Origin: Sphingomonas sp. | GTDB taxonomy: Bacteria; Pseudomonadota; Alphaproteobacteria; Sphingomonadales; Sphingomonadaceae | Reading direction: 5' to 3' | Assembly: GCA_039920225.1 (NCBI GenBank) | Contig: JBDSED010000028.1 | Coordinates: 1 to 54,133 of the forward strand | Length of the DNA stretch: 54,133 nt | Part shown: one piece after another, positions 49,173 through 54,133 of the stretch | Layout of the letters: each line of letters starts with the position of its first letter | How positions within the stretch are numbered: the stretch's first letter is position 1 | Made by a program: the position numbers and the translations under genes | The notes under the pieces: generated by a model | The model's input: the letters and a program-made list of their open reading frames with translations, nothing else | What the model was told of the DNA's origin: nothing | Database searches by the model: none

Positions 49173-50450
49173 TTATGCCGTCGGCTCCAGCCGGTTGAGC
49201 CCGCGTAGATACGGCTGCAGGGCGTCGGGGATCGCGACCGATCCGTCTTCCTGCTGATAATTCTCCAGGATCGCGACGAGCATCCGCCCGACCACCAGCC
49301 CCGATCCGTTGAGCGTATGGACGAACGCCGGCTTGCCGTCCCCGCCGCGATACCGCGCGTTCATCCGCCGCGCCTGGAAATCGGTGCAGGTGGAGCAGCT
49401 CGAAATCTCCCGATAGCGGCCCTGGCCGGGGAGCCACACTTCGAGATCGTACGTGCGCGCCGCGGAGAAGCCCATGTCGCCGGTGCACAGCTTCATTCGG
49501 CGGAAGGGCAGGCCGAGCCGGGTCAGCACATCCTCGGCCGCCGCGGTCATGCGTTCGTGTTCGGCCTCCGACTGATCTGGCGTCACGATCGAGACCATCT
49601 CCGCCTTTTCGAACTGGTGCTGGCGGATGAACCCGCGCGTGTCGCGCCCCGCGGCGCCGGCTTCGGAGCGGAAGCACGGGGTCAGCGCGGTGAAACGCAG
49701 CGGCAGCTCGTCCGCGCTCAGGATCTTCTCGCGGACGATATTGGTCAGACTGACTTCGCTCGTCGGAATCAGCCAGCGGCCGTCGGTGGTCTGGAAAAGA
49801 TCCTCGGCAAACTTGGGGAGCTGCCCAGTACCGAACATCGCCTCATCACGCACCATCAGCGGCGGGATGACCTCTTCATAACCGTGGTCGCGGGTCAGCA
49901 CGTCGAGGCCGAACTGGCCAAGCGCTCGGTTGAGCCGTGCCGCGGCGCCACGGAGCAAGGTGAAGCGCGCGCCGGCGAGCGCGACGCCGGTCTCGAAATC
50001 CAGCCCGAGCGGCGGGCCGATCACGTCATGCTCCTTGATCGCGAAGGCGAAATCAGGGCGCGTGCCGCATTCGTGGACGAGTTCGTTGTCATCCTCGTTA
50101 GCGCCTTCGGGCACGTCGGCGAGCGCCAGGTTGGGAATCGCGGCGAGCTGACCGCTGAGCTGCGTTCCGTATTCTTTCTCTTCCGCCTCGACGACCGGCA
50201 TTTGTTCTTTGATCGTCGCGACTTCGGCCATCAACTCAGAGGCGCGACCTTCGTTCTTCGATGCTTTGGCGGCGCCGATCTCCTTCGATGCTTCATTCCG
50301 CCGCATCTGGAGAGACTGAAGGGTGGTAGTCCGGGCGCGCACCATCTCGTCGAGAGCTAACAGGCCGCTGGCACGAGCGGCGAGACCTCGGCGGGCGAGC
50401 CCTTTGTCAAAAGCTTCGGGGTTTTCGCGGATCAGGCGGATGTCGTGCAT
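49173..50450 (-). CDS. serS: Seryl-tRNA synthetase
   Basis: [45 protein letters not shown]. Confidence 0.97.
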   Translation of the reverse strand: MHDIRLIRENPEAFDKGLARRGLAARASGLLALDEMVRARTTTLQSLQMRRNEASKEIGAAKASKNEGRASELMAEVATIKEQMPVVEAEEKEYGTQLSGQLAAIPNLALADVPEGANEDDNELVHECGTRPDFAFAIKEHDVIGPPLGLDFETGVALAGARFTLLRGAAARLNRALGQFGLDVLTRDHGYEEVIPPLMVRDEAMFGTGQLPKFAEDLFQTTDGRWLIPTSEVSLTNIVREKILSADELPLRFTALTPCFRSEAGAAGRDTRGFIRQHQFEKAEMVSIVTPDQSEAEHERMTAAAEDVLTRLGLPFRRMKLCTGDMGFSAARTYDLEVWLPGQGRYREISSCSTCTDFQARRMNARYRGGDGKPAFVHTLNGSGLVVGRMLVAILENYQQEDGSVAIPDALQPYLRGLNRLEPTA

Positions 50451-50494
50451 AGCGACGCGGCTATGGCGGGGCGAGGCAGGGTGCGCAACCCGGT

Positions 50495-50624
50495 GCGCCG
50501 GCCAAGACGTTGGGCGAGTGCGCATTACCACATCGAGGTCGAAAACAGATTGGCCGGCGAAATCCCGAAGGACCTCACCGGCCATGCCCTGCCCGAAATC
50601 GAGAAGGCGCTTAGCGCTGCTTAG
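50495..50624 (+). pseudogene. C-terminal remnant of a host-attachment (AtsE/baeRF12-like) gene
   Basis: Translation APAKTLGE / frameshift / [33 protein letters not shown]-stop. No N-terminal part or start codon. Confidence 0.65.
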
Positions 50625-51586
50625 GCGGTAACGGTCGTCCGCTTGGCGAAGCGCTTGCGGGCGACCAGCGCCGCGGCCGCGCCGCCGAACAGGAAGATCA
50701 TCGGCGGTGCCGGGACCGGCGCGGGCGGGCCGCCCGACGAGCCGGTCGAGCCGCTGCTGCCGTGCCAGCCGCTCGAACCCCAGCTGCTCGACGAGCTCCA
50801 GCCCTTCGACGACGAACCGTAGCTCGACGAAGAGGTCGAGCCCGAGCTCGAGGTTGATCCCGAACTGGCCGACGAGTTCGAGGAGCTGGTGCTACCGGAT
50901 GTCGACGACGTGCTCGACTGATTCTGATTCTGGTGCTGATTTTGATTTTGGTTCTGATTTTGCGATTGGTTGTTGTTGTTGGTCTGATCGTTATTGTTAG
51001 TTTGATTGTTATTTTGGTTGTTCGTCTGGTTGTTGTTGTTCGAATTGTTGGCGCTGTTGTCGTTGCTGTTGTTGTTGTTGTTGTTGATGTCGACGTTGGC
51101 GCCGCCGGTCGAAGACGAGGTCGACGACCCGCCCGACGAGGTCGAACTGCTGGTCGATCCGCCGCTGGTCGACGAGGTCGACGACACGACGATTCCGCCG
51201 CCCGACGACCCGCCACCGCTGCCGCCGAAGAACCCGCCGGTCATGAAACCGCCACCACCGAAGCCGCCGCCCGAACCGCCAACCATGACTGCGCCGCCAT
51301 CACCGCTCGATCCCGTGAAGGGTGGCGGAACGGGAAGCGGCGGGCCGCCGGCGACGCTAACGACCGCGGGCGGGCAGGCCGTCGTGGTCGTGGTCACAAC
51401 CTTACGAACGCGAGCGGCGCGAGCCGAAGCCGTGCGCGTGGTCCGAACGACGCGCTTCTTATACGTCGTCATGGCGTAACCGGCGCGCGGGCTCGCGGCT
51501 TCGGAAACCTTGACGGCTCCCCCACCGATGATCGCGCCACCGCAAGCGCAGGCGCAAAGTTTTGCCATGGCCATCCGAACAGACAT
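50621..51586 (-). CDS. Low-complexity Ser/Gly/Asn/Gln-rich protein with a PEP-CTERM-like (VPAP) anchor
   Basis: N-terminal KLCACACGG plus hydrophobic stretch, an N/Q tract, and C-terminal [22 protein letters not shown]. Confidence 0.8.
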   Translation of the reverse strand: MSVRMAMAKLCACACGGAIIGGGAVKVSEAASPRAGYAMTTYKKRVVRTTRTASARAARVRKVVTTTTTACPPAVVSVAGGPPLPVPPPFTGSSGDGGAVMVGGSGGGFGGGGFMTGGFFGGSGGGSSGGGIVVSSTSSTSGGSTSSSTSSGGSSTSSSTGGANVDINNNNNNSNDNSANNSNNNNQTNNQNNNQTNNNDQTNNNNQSQNQNQNQNQHQNQNQSSTSSTSGSTSSSNSSASSGSTSSSGSTSSSSYGSSSKGWSSSSSWGSSGWHGSSGSTGSSGGPPAPVPAPPMIFLFGGAAAALVARKRFAKRTTVTA

Positions 51587-52011
51587 CGCGTCACTCTCTT
51601 CGTTAACCGTGCTGCCCCCATGCAAGACGGCGATGCTTCATCACGGCTGTTGAGCCGCTAGTGCCATAGTGCGAAACAAAACATTAAGTGCAATCGGGTT
51701 AACCAAGAATAGCTGTGTCACTGCGGTAATAAATGTTCGGCGTGCGACGCAGCTATAGTTAACGTTTCATTGTGACACGCCCATGCGACATACTCGCCAG
51801 CGCGCAGCGTGCTGTCGCGGAGATGAAGGCGCGGTTCACGGCTGTGAAAGTCCGCATGCCCTAGCGCATCCCGGCGGGCGACCGCGCCGATCGAAACGGC
51901 CTGTCGTCAATCGCTTGTGGAGCCGCTTCCGCCTCGCTATAGGCCCGCCCCAAGGGGACTGTCCGGGGTAGCGACACAAGTCGGCACCACGGACCAGTTG
52001 GGAGAGTGGGG

Positions 52012-52473
52012 ATGGCAACGGCTTTGAATCGCGTGGAAGATTCCAGTTTCGAGCTGCCGGCGAACGACGCCGAGGACGATTATCGTCCGAGCGCCGACGA
52101 AGCGTTCATGAGCCCGCGCCAACAGGCGTATTTCCGCACCAAGCTGTTGCGCTGGAAAGACGCGATCCTGAAGGAAGCCGTGACCACGCTGTCGCAGCTC
52201 CAGGTCGAGCCGCTGCGCGAGGCCGATCTGACCGACCGCGCGTCGAGCGAGACCGACTGGTCGATCGAACTGCGCACCCGCGATCGCCAGCGCAAGTTGA
52301 TCTCGAAGATCGACGCGGCACTGCGCCGGATCGAGGAAGGCGAATACGGCTATTGCGAAGTGACCGGCGAACCGATTTCGCTCGGTCGGCTCGAAGCCCG
52401 ACCGATCGCAACAATGACGGTCGAGGCGCAGGAACGCCACGAGCGCAACGAAAAGGTCTCGCGCGAGGATTAG
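52012..52473 (+). CDS. dksA: RNA polymerase-binding protein DksA
   Basis: FMSPRQQAYFR, DLTDRA tip motif, YGYCEVTGEPI..RLEARP. Single-Cys alphaproteobacterial type. Confidence 0.95.
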   Translation: MATALNRVEDSSFELPANDAEDDYRPSADEAFMSPRQQAYFRTKLLRWKDAILKEAVTTLSQLQVEPLREADLTDRASSETDWSIELRTRDRQRKLISKIDAALRRIEEGEYGYCEVTGEPISLGRLEARPIATMTVEAQERHERNEKVSRED

Positions 52474-52557
52474 TCCTGCCGCGGTCTTAACCGTTTCGAC
52501 AATATTTCAAGTTTATGCGTGCGTCAGCGAGACGTTTTTCCGTTTCGGGCAGGATGC

Positions 52558-52926
52558 ATGAACGACTCTTCACCAAATGCTTTTCCACCGATCAGCGGTG
52601 AGTCGGCGAAGCGAGCGAAAGCGCGCGACAGCCTGTTTCTGGTTGCCGGCCTTGATATCGACGGCCGCCCAGGCACGTTGCACGTGCGCGTTCGCAACCT
52701 GTCCCCGGGCGGGCTGATGGCGGAATATCCGCATCCGATCGAAATCGGCCGCCCGGTCGAGGTCGAATTGCGCGGCATCGGCAAGGTAGCGGGGCAGGTC
52801 GCGTGGACTGCGGCGGGGCGTATCGGCGTTGCGTTCGACAGCCAGATCGATCCGCTTCAGGCCCGCAAGCCAGTCGTCTCGCAAAAGGCGCCTACCAAAG
52901 ATAGGCCGATCAAGACGATATTGTAA
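52558..52926 (+). CDS. PilZ domain protein
   Basis: RAKAR (RxxxR), NLSPGG, VAW...IGVAF. Confidence 0.87.
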   Translation: MNDSSPNAFPPISGESAKRAKARDSLFLVAGLDIDGRPGTLHVRVRNLSPGGLMAEYPHPIEIGRPVEVELRGIGKVAGQVAWTAAGRIGVAFDSQIDPLQARKPVVSQKAPTKDRPIKTIL

Positions 52927-52932
52927 TCAGGC

Positions 52933-52952
52933 GCCCCGGCCGAAACCGGGGC
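52933..52952. terminator. Hairpin between convergent genes
   Basis: gccccgg-ccgaaa-ccggggc. Confidence 0.5.
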
Positions 52953-52967
52953 TGCCCCTCCTGCGTG

Positions 52968-53123
52968 TCAGAGTGCGGCGATTGCTTCCTTCACCCGCAG
53001 CTTCTGCTTCTTGAGATCGGCCAGGATCCGCGAGTCGGGCGCGGGGCGATGGCTTTCGGCAACGATTTGCCGATCCAGCACATTATGCTTCGTCTCGAGA
53101 GCCGAGAGATGCGCGTTCTGCAT
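52968..53123 (-). CDS. YdcH/DUF465-family small coiled-coil protein (51 aa)
   Basis: Absent from the ORF track. My translation is MQNAHLSALETKHNVLDRQIVAESHRPAPDSRILADLKKQKLRVKEAIAAL, with a GGAGG SD upstream. Confidence 0.85.
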   Translation of the reverse strand: MQNAHLSALETKHNVLDRQIVAESHRPAPDSRILADLKKQKLRVKEAIAAL

Positions 53124-53263
53124 GGGAGCAACCTCCTTCGTTCAGGTGGGGGGAATGAATAGAACACGAAACTTGTTAAAAGTCGCCATCGATTTCGCTT
53201 GCGAATCGACACGCCGCATCGTTTTGCCGATGATCGGAAAAATGCCTTCACGGCGGGGAGTTG

Positions 53264-53461
53264 ATGGACGAGGCCCAGATCATCCAACGTGTCGGCACAC
53301 TCCGGACCGAGCATCGCGACCTCGACTCCGCTATCGATGCGTTGCGTTTGCTGGGATCGAGCGATCAGCTCCAGATTGCGCGGCTCAAGAAACGCAAGCT
53401 CGCGCTCAGGGATGAGATCGCCATGCTCGAGGATCAACTCATCCCGGATATCATCGCCTGA
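53264..53461 (+). CDS. YdcH/DUF465-family small protein
   Basis: EHRDLD.AI, DQLQIARLKKRKLALRDEI, IPDIIA. Confidence 0.9.
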   Translation: MDEAQIIQRVGTLRTEHRDLDSAIDALRLLGSSDQLQIARLKKRKLALRDEIAMLEDQLIPDIIA

Positions 53462-53529
53462 TCGAATTTGGGACGCAGGCGGCGATGAGTCCGCTTGCGA
53501 CGGCGGCCAATTCGCGCGACGCTGACCGG

Positions 53530-53988
53530 ATGGCTGACGTTACCAACGCGCGAGTCCATCGCCGGATGATCGATACGCTCTATGTCGATGCGATGCTGCT
53601 CGCCGATGAGGCGCGCGGATATTTCGACCAGGGCGCGCGGATCGAACGCGATGCGCTCGACCCGCTCGGCCGCGTCACGTTTTCGTGCGAGTCGCTGAAG
53701 GTGACGACGCGGCTGATGCACATTATCGCGTGGCTGCTGACCCAGCGTGCGGTGGATTCGGGCGAACTGAGCCCTCGGGACGCGCTCCACCCCGCGCGAC
53801 GGCTGGGCGATGCGCCAGTCACCGAGGACGCCGTGCTGGCGCAGATGCCGGAAGATGCTCGCGCGCTGATCGCCGCCAGCATCGACCTCCACCGCCGTGT
53901 CGCTCGGCTCGACGACGCGCAGATAGAGGCGCAACCCTCGGACAGCCCGGTGCAGCATATGCAGGCCCGGCTGGCGATGGCGTTCTAG
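53530..53988 (+). CDS. rcdA: DUF1465-family protein, RcdA proteolysis adaptor
   Basis: LYVDAMLLADEARGYFD, ESLKVTTRLMHIIAWLL.QRAV, L..RVARLD. Confidence 0.78.
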   Translation: MADVTNARVHRRMIDTLYVDAMLLADEARGYFDQGARIERDALDPLGRVTFSCESLKVTTRLMHIIAWLLTQRAVDSGELSPRDALHPARRLGDAPVTEDAVLAQMPEDARALIAASIDLHRRVARLDDAQIEAQPSDSPVQHMQARLAMAF

Positions 53989-54094
53989 GCTTCCTGCCAA
54001 GATTTAGCGGCAGCTAAATCGTGCAAAACAGGAAGCCCGGCCGGCCTCGCGCAGCGAGGACCGACGACGCGAATTCACTTCGCGTCGCTGCCTA
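53986..54094 (+). repeat. Structured intergenic repeat, copy 2
   Basis: Same hairpin order as 8359-8477. Ends are TAGGC...GCCTA. Confidence 0.75.
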
Positions 54095-54103
54095 TCAATA
54101 AAC

Positions 54104-54131
54104 CGACATTGCGAGCGCAGCGAAGCAATGC
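54104..54131 (+). repeat. REP-like palindrome (CGTC-family-like)
   Basis: cgac-attgcgagcgcagcgaagcaatgc, with a cattgc/gcaatg stem. May continue beyond the window. Confidence 0.5.
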
Positions 54132-54133
54132 AC

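Noticed and set aside
50918-51090. (GTT)n/(GATTTT)n runs as a CRISPR array or non-coding satellite
   Set aside because: In-frame Asn/Gln codons, with no repeat-spacer structure and no cas genes.

Overview
GC-rich alphaproteobacterial chromosome segment whose gene content and order fit Sphingomonas/Sphingomonadaceae (inference). Mostly core genes: rluD (partial), chpT plus a cheA-cheW-cheY-cheB-cheR cluster, an amidase, RNase P RNA, a MarR-HlyD-MFS efflux unit, an ACE-like M2 peptidase, amn, peroxiredoxin, ahcY, three Tad minor-pilin genes, trmFO, argJ, secA, tRNA-Asn, NAD kinase, moaA, a GGDEF-EAL protein, mfd-sdhE/recG, tyrS, a LysM/M23 peptidase, serS, dksA, two PilZ proteins, two DUF465 genes and rcdA. 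No transposase, integrase, prophage or CRISPR array was seen. The main signals not explained by the gene list: (1) a secreted-type small ORF ending in RRRE just upstream of secA, with a possible SD-masking structure, which is a SecM-like arrest-peptide candidate; (2) two copies, about 45.6 kb apart, of a ~110-120 bp multi-hairpin element with a 30/33 identical core and stems that differ in sequence but still pair; (3) a PEP-CTERM gene with a perfect CtrA box, bracketed by two 17-bp direct-repeat hairpins like a cassette; (4) an Asn/Gln-rich low-complexity protein with a PEP-CTERM-like anchor; (5) two Lys/Ala/Pro-rich histone-like proteins with membrane-binding segments flanking amn; (6) gene decay around serS (frameshifted TolB-like gene, host-attachment remnant, no surE). 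All calls come from reading motifs by eye; no database searches or folding programs were run.
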